Positions 8,425-16,528 of a stretch of 35,956 nucleotides of DNA are shown piece by piece. Each line of letters starts with the position of its first letter. Positions within the stretch are counted from its first letter, which is position 1. The notes beneath the pieces were generated by a model, which saw only the letters and a list, made by a program, of their open reading frames with translations, had not been told where the DNA came from and ran no database searches. The translations under genes and the position numbers were made by a program. Location: assembly GCA_040389905.1 (NCBI GenBank), contig JAZJZK010000035.1:1-35956 (forward strand), in the 5' to 3' direction. The stretch comes from Gemmatimonadota bacterium. Its GTDB lineage: Bacteria > Gemmatimonadota > Gemmatimonadetes > Gemmatimonadales > Gemmatimonadaceae.

Positions 8425-9636
8425 TCATCGGCGAGTGCCCCTCAACCAACTCTCCGGATCCACCGCATCACCTCGCGGCGGCGTGCGAATCTCGAAATGC
8501 AGGTGCGGTTTGAGATCCGGGTCCGACATGCCGACGGTACCGATGACGTCGCCCTTCTTCACGGTCGAGCCCTTCTGGATGCCAGGTGCCGCGGAATTGA
8601 GGGACGCGTAGATCGAAAAATATCCGCCGCCGTGATCGAGAATGATCGTCAGGCCATACGTGCCGAGCTGGCCGACACTCGCAATCTTCCCGGGCGCGAC
8701 GGCTTTCACGCCCGTGCCGATCGCCGCCGCGATGCCGACGCCGTTCCAGCGCGTGGTCGTATTGTTCGGATTGATCACACGGCCGAAGCGAAAGAGGAAC
8801 GTTCCGTCGACCGGCCAGTCGAGCTTCCCGAGATCGGTCGTCTTCAACGTACTCGCGCTGCGTGGCGCATTGGGCCGCGCGCTCTCCGTTCGCTTCCGCT
8901 CCGCCTCGATGGACGCGATCACGCCGCCGAGCCGGTTCTCTGACTCCTTGATGCGCGCGATGCGGGCAACGATATCCTTGGTCGTCTTTTGCGCCTGCTG
9001 CAAGCTGTTGGAGCGTTGCCGCGTAAGCGCCGCAAGCCGCTCCTCCTCCTTCTGCTTGTCTCCGCGGTTCTCGGCGACGGCATCACGCAACTTCATCAGC
9101 TCGCCACGCTGTCGGGCAATGTCGTTGCGCAGCAGCTCAACGCGCTTCACCAGCGCGCGATCGTGCACGGCGATCTCGTGGAGGTATTTGTATCGCGCTA
9201 CCAACTCGCCGAAGGAATGTGCCGTGAGGAGTGCTTCCGCGGAGTACATCGGGCCGCGCTTGTAGATGTCGACGAGGCGCTTCTGAAGCGCGTCACGCCG
9301 ATACGCGAGATCGCCCTCGGCGAGCGCCATCCGGTTCGTCGTTTCCGCGACGTCGTTGCTGATGGCCGCGAGCTGACGGTCGAGCGTCTTGAGTACGAGC
9401 TCCGTGGACGCGCGCTGCCGGTCGAGATTCGCGATTTCTTCGCGCAGGTCGTGCACGTTCCCCTGCATGTTCGCCATGCGTCGCTCGAGCTCCGCGCGCT
9501 CTCGGCGGATGCGATCGAGCTCGTCACGCTGCGCACGGATTCGTGCGTCAGCGGCCTGCGCGCGAGCGGGAATCGGCATCGCGGTCGCGAATGCGAACAA
9601 CAACAGAAGGTGCAGACCCCTCGACTTCGCTCGCAT
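8425..9636 (-). CDS. envC: Murein hydrolase activator EnvC family (signal peptide, coiled coil, M23/LytM domain)
   Basis: Long coiled coil; LDWPVDG, WNGVGI, HLHFEIR, DPESWL; directly after ftsX. Confidence 0.85.
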   Translation of the reverse strand: MRAKSRGLHLLLLFAFATAMPIPARAQAADARIRAQRDELDRIRRERAELERRMANMQGNVHDLREEIANLDRQRASTELVLKTLDRQLAAISNDVAETTNRMALAEGDLAYRRDALQKRLVDIYKRGPMYSAEALLTAHSFGELVARYKYLHEIAVHDRALVKRVELLRNDIARQRGELMKLRDAVAENRGDKQKEEERLAALTRQRSNSLQQAQKTTKDIVARIARIKESENRLGGVIASIEAERKRTESARPNAPRSASTLKTTDLGKLDWPVDGTFLFRFGRVINPNNTTTRWNGVGIAAAIGTGVKAVAPGKIASVGQLGTYGLTIILDHGGGYFSIYASLNSAAPGIQKGSTVKKGDVIGTVGMSDPDLKPHLHFEIRTPPRGDAVDPESWLRGTRR

Positions 9637-9639
9637 CCC

Positions 9640-10485
9640 CTAGACCCGCTTCAGGTGCCTGCCTACCGAGAACGCACTCCCCAGCACTCCGATCAACGCC
9701 CCGAACAACAGCCCAAGCACGGCGATCTTCCCGTCGAAAAATACCGTCTGGATGACATAGGAATTGATGATCGACCGCGCGAGGTACGTCATCAGCAGTG
9801 CGAGCAACCCACCCAGAAAGCCCTTCGTGATGCCTTCAATGAGGAAGGGCTGGCGGATGTAGGCATCGGTCGCACCGACAAGACGCATGATCGAGATTTC
9901 AGTGGCCCGCGAGAGGACCGCCATTCGAATGGTTGCCCCGATGATGATCATCGAGACGGCCGCGAAGGTCAGGCCAAGCACGATGCCCGCGACGCCCGCG
10001 ATGTTGCGGAGGGCATATAGCTTCTGGATCCACTCCTCGCCGTACCGTACGTCATCGACGAAGGAGAACGCGCGAACGCGCGCGGACACACGCTTCACCG
10101 TCGCAGGGTCGCGAAAACCAGGCTTGAGCCGGACGTCGATCGAACCGGGAAGCGTTGCCCCCTCGAACACGTCGCGAAAATCGCCGAGCTCCTTCTGTGC
10201 GCGCTTCAACGCGTCGTCTGCCGACACGATCGTGGCGCTGAGGACTTCGGGGTAGTTCGCGATGTCCTCCGAGGCCGGCGCCATCGTCTCGACGCTGGTC
10301 CCATCCGCGACGAACGCGCGAATCTCGACACGATCCTCGAGCCGCTCGAGCGCGTCGCGAATATTCAGCGCCACGAGCCCGAACAGCCCGAAGGCGAACA
10401 ACGAGAAGGCGATGGTCGTCACGCTCAATGCACTCAGCAAGGGCGCTCGACGAAACGTGATCAGGGCATCTCGCATCAAGCGCAT
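9640..10485 (-). CDS. ftsX: Cell division permease FtsX
   Basis: Four TM segments, LPGSIDVRL, IGATIRMAVLSRATEISIMRLVGAT..YIRQPFLIEG; TGATG overlap with ftsE. Confidence 0.92.
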   Translation of the reverse strand: MRLMRDALITFRRAPLLSALSVTTIAFSLFAFGLFGLVALNIRDALERLEDRVEIRAFVADGTSVETMAPASEDIANYPEVLSATIVSADDALKRAQKELGDFRDVFEGATLPGSIDVRLKPGFRDPATVKRVSARVRAFSFVDDVRYGEEWIQKLYALRNIAGVAGIVLGLTFAAVSMIIIGATIRMAVLSRATEISIMRLVGATDAYIRQPFLIEGITKGFLGGLLALLMTYLARSIINSYVIQTVFFDGKIAVLGLLFGALIGVLGSAFSVGRHLKRV

Positions 10486-11162
10486 CAGTCGGGCCTCGCT
10501 TCGGCCGAATCGAACACCACCGCGCCGCGATTCATCTCGATCGTGCGAAACTCCTGGCGACGAATCAATTCCAGGTTGTGCGTCGCCATCAGGACCGCGG
10601 TGCCGGCGGCATTGATCTCACGCAGCAACTGGAAGATGCCGCGTGTGGCGCGGTCGTCGAGATTCCCCGTGGGTTCGTCCGCAATGACGGCGAACGGATC
10701 ATTCACCAGCGCACGCGCGATGGCCACACGCTGCTGTTCCCCTCCCGAGAGCTCGCGGGGATACGCCGTGCCCTTGCCGGAAAGTCCCACCTGTGAGAGC
10801 ACGCGTGTGACCTTGGGTCCGATGATGGACTTCGGCGCGCCCGTGACCTCGAGGGCGAATGCCACGTTCTGTTCCGCCGTCCGGTTCTCGAGCAGGCGAA
10901 AATCCTGGAACACGATACCAAGCTTGCGGCGCAGGAGCGCGACGTCACGGTCGCGCGCCGTCGATGAGCTTGTTCCGCTCACGCGGACCTCGCCGGTCGT
11001 CGGCCGCTCCTCCAGGTAGATCATCTTCAACAGCGTCGTCTTGCCCGCGCCACTCGGCCCCGTGAAGAACACGAACTCTCCACGTGCGACGTGCAGCGTC
11101 ACGTCATCGACCGCCGTTCCCGTTCGCGGATAGACCTTCGTCGCGTTGGTGAACCGGATCAT
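10485..11162 (-). CDS. ftsE: Cell division ATP-binding protein FtsE
   Basis: GPSGAGKTT, VFQDFRLL, LSGGEQQRVAIARA, ADEPTGNLD, ATHN. Confidence 0.95.
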   Translation of the reverse strand: MIRFTNATKVYPRTGTAVDDVTLHVARGEFVFFTGPSGAGKTTLLKMIYLEERPTTGEVRVSGTSSSTARDRDVALLRRKLGIVFQDFRLLENRTAEQNVAFALEVTGAPKSIIGPKVTRVLSQVGLSGKGTAYPRELSGGEQQRVAIARALVNDPFAVIADEPTGNLDDRATRGIFQLLREINAAGTAVLMATHNLELIRRQEFRTIEMNRGAVVFDSAEARPD

Positions 11163-11166
11163 GCCG

Positions 11167-12309
11167 TCATGAGGATTCGGCGACCTCGCCCTCCGCGTCG
11201 AGCAACTTCCAGCTCGATCCGGCGGTCACCGTATCCACGATCGCCTTGAGCAGGCCGATGAGAATCGGTCCGAGGAGGATGCCGGCAAGCCCGAACGTGT
11301 ACACACCCGTAATGAGCGCGACGAACATCCAGTAGAAGTTGAGGACGTGCGACCGGTCCGCGGCGATCTTCGGACGCAGGTACGTCGAGATGAAGATCGT
11401 GTTCACGAAGGTGCCGATCACGATCATGATGATCGCCGAGCCGATGGCATCGCGAAAGATGACGAGCCAGATCGCCACGGGTACGTATACGCTCCACGAT
11501 CCAACGATGGGGAAGAAGCCGATGATGAAGGAGACCACGGCCAGCGCGCCCGCGAGCGGTACGCGAAACACGAGATTCATCGCCAGAATGATCAGCGACT
11601 TGAGTGTCTGCGTCAGCAGCGTGGAGTAGATGGCTCCGTAGAGAACGCCCTTGACGTTCACCTCGAGTGCACTGCGCAGTTGCGCATATCGCGGCGGAAT
11701 CTTGCTCGAGAGATAGACGGACACCCCGTCCGCCTCGAGAAGAATGTAGAACGCGGTGAACATGAAGATCGTGGCGCTGATAGAGAACCCCTTGAGCGCC
11801 GACTTCAGCAGTAGCGGAATCCGCGTGCCGTAGTTTGTCGCCTCGACAACGAACCCTCCCAATGCGCCTGCCGACTTTGCACCCTTCAGGAATGGCACCC
11901 GTTGCACGGCGAGGTCGATCTTCTTGACGATCTCTTCCTGATGGACGCTCGCGTACCCGATGACGTCGGCGAGCTCGCTGTAGCTGTAGACCAGTACGAT
12001 CAACACCGGCACGACGAGACACAGCAGTGTCAGTATCGCGGAGAGCGTCGGTCTGCCGGTGCGCTTCAGGAGGCGAAGATGCAGCGGCCTGATATACAAC
12101 CCGATGATCAGGCCGAGGATCGCGGCGATGACGACGGCCTTCACCATCCAGACGAACAGCCCCAGCACGATGGCGCCGAGGAGCGTCGTGATGAGGATGC
12201 GCCGCAGCTCGGGCAGCGTCAGGTCGCCAATGCCCGCGTTGGTACGCCGTTCGACACGTCGTCGCTCGTTCGCGTCCTGGGTCGACGACTCGATGATGAT
12301 ATCCGTCAT
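11167..12309 (-). CDS. AI-2E (PerM/YhhT) family transporter
   Basis: Multi-TM protein; FFPIVGSW, YLRPKIAAD, FGLAGILLGPILIG. Confidence 0.88.
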   Translation of the reverse strand: MTDIIIESSTQDANERRRVERRTNAGIGDLTLPELRRILITTLLGAIVLGLFVWMVKAVVIAAILGLIIGLYIRPLHLRLLKRTGRPTLSAILTLLCLVVPVLIVLVYSYSELADVIGYASVHQEEIVKKIDLAVQRVPFLKGAKSAGALGGFVVEATNYGTRIPLLLKSALKGFSISATIFMFTAFYILLEADGVSVYLSSKIPPRYAQLRSALEVNVKGVLYGAIYSTLLTQTLKSLIILAMNLVFRVPLAGALAVVSFIIGFFPIVGSWSVYVPVAIWLVIFRDAIGSAIIMIVIGTFVNTIFISTYLRPKIAADRSHVLNFYWMFVALITGVYTFGLAGILLGPILIGLLKAIVDTVTAGSSWKLLDAEGEVAESS

Positions 12310-13472
12310 CAGTGCATGGCCTGGTCGAGATCGGCGATCAGGTCATCCGCATCTTCGATACCCACGCTCAACCGAAGGAACCCATCGGGAATGCCAAGCT
12401 TGGCGCGCTGCTCGGACGTCATGTGCGTGTGTGAGGAATGACGAGGTTCGCTGACCAGGGAATCCACGCCGCCAAGGCTCGGCGCATTTCGTATCAGCCT
12501 CAGCTTTCGCAGGAAACGGTCCGCGGCGCGGCCGCCCCCGACAAGTTCGATCCCCAGCATTCCCCCAAATCCGTTCAGCAGCGCCTTCGCGATCTCGTGA
12601 TCGGAGTGGGAGGTGAGTCCGGGATAGTGGACTTCCTTCACCTCCTTCTTCTCCGCGCACCACTGGGCGATGCGCATCGCATTCTCGTTCTGGCGGCGAA
12701 CGCGCACGTCCAGCGTCTTCAACCCGCGCTCGAGCATCCAGCAGGCAAACGGATCAGGTGCCTGACCCCAGACGATCATCTTCTGGCGCACTTCCTCGAC
12801 ATACGGGGCGGTGCCCAGTACCGCTCCGCCGAGCACGTCGTGATGGCCGTTGAGGAACTTCGTGGTCGAGTGAATGACGACGTCGGCGCCATGCTCGAGT
12901 GGCCGGAAGTTGATGGGGCTCGCGAAGGTCGAGTCGACAACCAGCGCGATGCCATTCTCCTGCGTGAGGTAGCTCACCGGACGCAGGTCGAGCACACGGC
13001 AGCTCGGGTTGACGGGCGATTCGAGGAAGACGGCGCGGGTCTCACGTCTCAGACGTTTCCGCCATCCGCGCGGCTCGTGTGGGTCGACGAGCGTGACGGC
13101 GATGCCCAGCGTGGCGAATTCTTCGGTCAGTAACCGATGCGTCCCCCCGTAAATGGACTGGCACGCCAGCAGGTGGTCGCCGGGCCGGAGGAGCGCCAGC
13201 AGCGCGCATGCCGTTGCCCCCATTCCGCTCGACAACACGACGCACGCCTCGGCTTTCTCCAACGCCGCGAGGCGTTTCTGTACCAACTCCGCATTCGGCG
13301 TATTGCCGTATCGCGGATACCGAAGCGTATCGCTCTGCCCAGGCTCGGTGACGAAGCTGACGCTCTGGTAGAGCGGCGTCACCACGGGCGTATCTGCGTC
13401 GTGCGGGTCCTCGCCGGCGTGGACGGCCAGCGTCGGGAGCGCGTGCGGGCGCGGGCGTCGGGGAGAAGACAC
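12309..13472 (-). CDS. Cys/Met metabolism PLP enzyme (cystathionine gamma-synthase/lyase family)
   Basis: YPRYGNTP, SSGMGA, YGGT, ESPVNP, VDSTFASP, HSTTKFLNGHHD (PLP Lys), SLGGVDSL, RLSVGIED. Confidence 0.93.
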   Translation of the reverse strand: MSSPRRPRPHALPTLAVHAGEDPHDADTPVVTPLYQSVSFVTEPGQSDTLRYPRYGNTPNAELVQKRLAALEKAEACVVLSSGMGATACALLALLRPGDHLLACQSIYGGTHRLLTEEFATLGIAVTLVDPHEPRGWRKRLRRETRAVFLESPVNPSCRVLDLRPVSYLTQENGIALVVDSTFASPINFRPLEHGADVVIHSTTKFLNGHHDVLGGAVLGTAPYVEEVRQKMIVWGQAPDPFACWMLERGLKTLDVRVRRQNENAMRIAQWCAEKKEVKEVHYPGLTSHSDHEIAKALLNGFGGMLGIELVGGGRAADRFLRKLRLIRNAPSLGGVDSLVSEPRHSSHTHMTSEQRAKLGIPDGFLRLSVGIEDADDLIADLDQAMH

Positions 13473-13495
13473 GTAGGGAGGGAGGCGTTCCTGGC

Positions 13496-13804
13496 TCAGG
13501 CGAAGAAGCGGCGGCGTTTCTGGGAGTCGAGGTCCGGTTTGACGACGCGCACGAGCTCCGACACCGACGCACCGGCCACGTCGCGAAGGCCGATGTCTCC
13601 CCGGTGCATGGATTCATCGAATACCACCGTCGCCAGCTCCTGCCGCCGGGGGCCGTAAATCCAGGCCAACTCGCCTTCCGTAAGGAGGCGCCATTTTGCG
13701 TCCTCTGGATGAATGCGGACCTGCGGCCCGCGGTCAGGATCGGAGAGCCGCGTCCCGACAAACGATGCGACGCGCATCGGCCGGCTCCGGGGATCCTCAG
13801 GCAT
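13496..13804 (-). CDS. Stand-alone molybdopterin-dinucleotide-binding-like (double-psi beta-barrel) domain protein, 102 aa
   Basis: VRIHPEDAKWRLLTEGELAWIYGPRRQELATVVFDESMHRGDI fits the ihP.DA...gi..Gd.v.v.s.rG pattern; ATG 13804 overlaps the upstream gene. Confidence 0.7.
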   Translation of the reverse strand: MPEDPRSRPMRVASFVGTRLSDPDRGPQVRIHPEDAKWRLLTEGELAWIYGPRRQELATVVFDESMHRGDIGLRDVAGASVSELVRVVKPDLDSQKRRRFFA

Positions 13805-14363
13805 CGGCTTCTCCGACGGCGCCAACGGCCACGTAGCCGTCGTCCAGCCGCATCAGGAGGCGGCGGCGGTGCAGACCGTCCAGCACACGCTCCGCATCGG
13901 CGGGCGGCGAGCCCATGGCCGTGGCGAGATCTTGAGCTCCCGTGCATCCGTGATCGTACACCTGCTGCCATGCCTTGCGTTCGCCGTCATCGACCATCCC
14001 CACCACGCGCGCGCCGTCGGCCGTCTCGAGCACGAGCGCGAGGCCATGTCGCTCGAGTACGGTCTCGATCGCGTCCCAATGGTCGTCCGTGACGCCCCGG
14101 AAAAGGAAGTACGCCTCGCGGTCAACGCGCTCAGCCGCCACGTAGCGCAACAGCAGCTTGGCGACGACCTCATCGGCGCAGGAGAAATCGATCATCCCCA
14201 CATGAGAAAAATCGATCACGGTCAGCGAACGCTCCCGCGTGTCGGCGACGAGCGCTTCGATTTGCGTGCGAACCGCCGCGCCGGTTGGGCGCGTGACCAA
14301 GTTGGAATACAGCTCGCACGACAGTGTTTGCCGTAGCACTGAGCTCACGTCGATATGGATCAT
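13797..14363 (-). CDS. STAS-like (DUF4325-like) domain fused to a C-terminal winged HTH, 188 aa
   Basis: LVTRPTG...VIDFSHVGMIDFSCADEVV (STAS-like); AQDLATAMGSPPADAERVLDGLHRRRLLMRLDDGYVAV (HTH plus wing); TGATG overlap at 14363. Confidence 0.72.
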   Translation of the reverse strand: MIHIDVSSVLRQTLSCELYSNLVTRPTGAAVRTQIEALVADTRERSLTVIDFSHVGMIDFSCADEVVAKLLLRYVAAERVDREAYFLFRGVTDDHWDAIETVLERHGLALVLETADGARVVGMVDDGERKAWQQVYDHGCTGAQDLATAMGSPPADAERVLDGLHRRRLLMRLDDGYVAVGAVGEADA

Positions 14364-15256
14364 CAGCGCGGGGCCCCGGAGACCCGTTCTGGTATGGTGA
14401 CTTGCACCAGCGACCCCTGAAAGGGCGCCAGATTCTCTGTCAGCGGAACGTCTTCGTCCCAACTCGGTACGATTGCGATCCTCGCCGTGCCACTGCGGAC
14501 GCTCAACTTGCCGTCCCATCGTCCAATATACTTGCGCACACCGGCCAAGCCCTGTCCGCGACCTGGATCACGAAACCGGCTCACTCCGCGAATCACCGCC
14601 TCCTCGAGCGCAGCCGCATCGTCCCACCGGTCATTGCGGACTCGGCCGGGAAGACTTTCGAGCGAGGCGCGGAAGCCGCAGCCGGCATCGCAGACGGCGA
14701 CAACGACGACTCTCCGATGCGGTGGGCGCCGGCTGTAGGTGTACGCCTGTACCGCGACCCAACCGCCTCGCCCTGCGTGCTCGACGATGTTCTGGCAGAT
14801 CTCGGACAGGGTCATGGCGAACCCAACGGTAGCGCGCGACTCGATGTGCAGCTGTGTCTGCAGAATTTGCTGGGCCTTCTGCTGAATGCGACCGACCACC
14901 GTGTGCACGTCGTCGCTGTTCGCGACCGGCGTGATTTCCAGCAACACCGTGGACTCGCCGCCCTTCGCTTTCGGGACGGAGCCCGACAACTCGTAAATGT
15001 CTTCGGCGTGCTTGAAGAAGCCAGTGCGTGCCCAGTATGACGCGGTGTCATCCTGCTCCGGCACGGCGAAGGTCGCGCGCTCCTCGCGCGTCTGGCCGAG
15101 CGTCAACAGCGCGGTAAGACCATACGGCGAGGCCCAGCGAGTATGCCGCGCGTCGACGAGGAGCTTCGCGTCCTGCGGAATCGCAGCCAACTGGTCCAGC
15201 ACCTGCTCGAACGAGTGGTCGTCGAGAGAAGGAGGGACGGTGATGACGTTGGTCAC
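14363..15256 (-). CDS. GHKL/HATPase_c ATP-binding protein (RsbW/SpoIIAB-like Ser kinase) with an N-terminal STAS-like domain
   Basis: N box SEICQNIVEHA, G1 CDAGCGF, G2 GRGQGL; no HisKA H-box; N-terminal LLVDARHTRWASPYGL. Confidence 0.8.
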   Translation of the reverse strand: MTNVITVPPSLDDHSFEQVLDQLAAIPQDAKLLVDARHTRWASPYGLTALLTLGQTREERATFAVPEQDDTASYWARTGFFKHAEDIYELSGSVPKAKGGESTVLLEITPVANSDDVHTVVGRIQQKAQQILQTQLHIESRATVGFAMTLSEICQNIVEHAGRGGWVAVQAYTYSRRPPHRRVVVVAVCDAGCGFRASLESLPGRVRNDRWDDAAALEEAVIRGVSRFRDPGRGQGLAGVRKYIGRWDGKLSVRSGTARIAIVPSWDEDVPLTENLAPFQGSLVQVTIPERVSGAPR

Positions 15257-16254
15257 GAGAGGCTCAGTTCTCCGCGCAGGTGTGCCGCGAGTCCGGAAGC
15301 GCCTCGGTGTGTGACATTCCGGGCTGCGGCCACCGCGGCCGCACTCATCGCGTCTGCTAAGCTATCACCTGCGACCATCCGAGAGAAATAGGTTGCGCCC
15401 CAAACATCGCCACAACCGGTTGGATCCACCGGTCCGCTGACCACCTGTGCCGGTACCAGCGCCGTGCGAACCGCGCCAAGGTCGCCCGTTCCGCCGCGCG
15501 ACGCTGTGGCCAGCCCGCCCCGAGGCGGAAGATCACAAATATTGTCGAATCCCGGCGCCGCGACATAAATCGCCCCACGGCTCCCGAGCGTCACGAGCAG
15601 GCAGGAAACGCCGCTGGCAATTGCCGTGGCCGCGAGCGACATCGAATCCGGCGCGATCGTCGCCATTTCCTCTTCGTTCATCTGAAGGAAATCGAAGCAG
15701 GCGCACCATTCGGCAACGTTCGGTATCGCACGCGGGGTCCGCATACCGTCTGGCTGGACAGCCATCACCTTCATGTGCAGGTCGCAGTGGATCGGTCCCT
15801 TGACGTGCTGGCGGACCAACTGCGCGGTCTCGAGGTCGAGCTCCCACCCACTGAGGAAGTTCACGTACAACGCATCCAGGCGTGCTTCATCGAGCAGCGG
15901 CTTGAGACCGAGCCAGCTCCAGGCCGGTATGGCACCAGTGAGAAATTCCGTGCGACGCTCGTCGTCGTGATAACGCAGTTCGACGCGGTGCCCGGGGTAG
16001 GGCACCTCGATCAGTGCCGCATCCGGCGCAATGCGCTTGAGGGTGCGCAGGTAGTCCCGGGCGCGGCTCGCGAGATCGTAACCGACCTTGAGAATCGGCA
16101 CGATTTCCCAGTCGTCGGGGAGCGCAGCATCGAGTCCGCTCAGGGTATAGGTGATGCCACCCCACTCTTCCACGGGCACGCTGCGCGCATCACGGCCGTG
16201 AATGATGTCCCAGACAAAGGTGCCGATGACTCCAACGCGCTTCTTGCGGGACAT
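15253..16254 (-). CDS. PfkB/ribokinase-family carbohydrate kinase
   Basis: N-terminal GTFVWD...WGG, MNEEE, VTLGSRGA, anion-hole motif DPTGCGD. Confidence 0.85.
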   Translation of the reverse strand: MSRKKRVGVIGTFVWDIIHGRDARSVPVEEWGGITYTLSGLDAALPDDWEIVPILKVGYDLASRARDYLRTLKRIAPDAALIEVPYPGHRVELRYHDDERRTEFLTGAIPAWSWLGLKPLLDEARLDALYVNFLSGWELDLETAQLVRQHVKGPIHCDLHMKVMAVQPDGMRTPRAIPNVAEWCACFDFLQMNEEEMATIAPDSMSLAATAIASGVSCLLVTLGSRGAIYVAAPGFDNICDLPPRGGLATASRGGTGDLGAVRTALVPAQVVSGPVDPTGCGDVWGATYFSRMVAGDSLADAMSAAAVAAARNVTHRGASGLAAHLRGELSLS

Positions 16255-16293
16255 GAGGGATTGCTAGGGGTCACGGGCTTTGATTCGCCCGTT

Positions 16294-16479
16294 TCGCGCC
16301 GGCACATTGAACGCGGATTGAGCGGATTTGAACTTAAGAAAACTTTGATTTCTTAGGTGCGCCCGACAGAAGCATCTCGCCATGAAGTCTTGAAGAAGGA
16401 GCATTGTGCTTCATGCTTCACGCTTGATCATTATTTTTCTCTTCCATCCGCTCAATCCGCGTTCAATGTGCCGGTGCGA
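16294..16479. repeat. 34-bp inverted repeat enclosing a 118-bp AT-richer spacer (MITE/REP-like)
   Basis: tcgcgccggcacattgaacgcggattgagcggat (16294-16327) pairs with atccgctcaatccgcgttcaatgtgccggtgcga (16446-16479), with one G.T. Confidence 0.92.
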
Positions 16480-16528
16480 CAACGCGATGATGAGCGCGCG
16501 AGGGATGGGGCGCGGTAATCCGGAATAG

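Noticed and set aside
13797..15256. Reading the kinase/STAS pair as an anti-phage or toxin-antitoxin system
   Set aside because: No PIN, nuclease or other effector gene is adjacent, there is no mobile context or GC shift, and the pair sits inside a housekeeping operon
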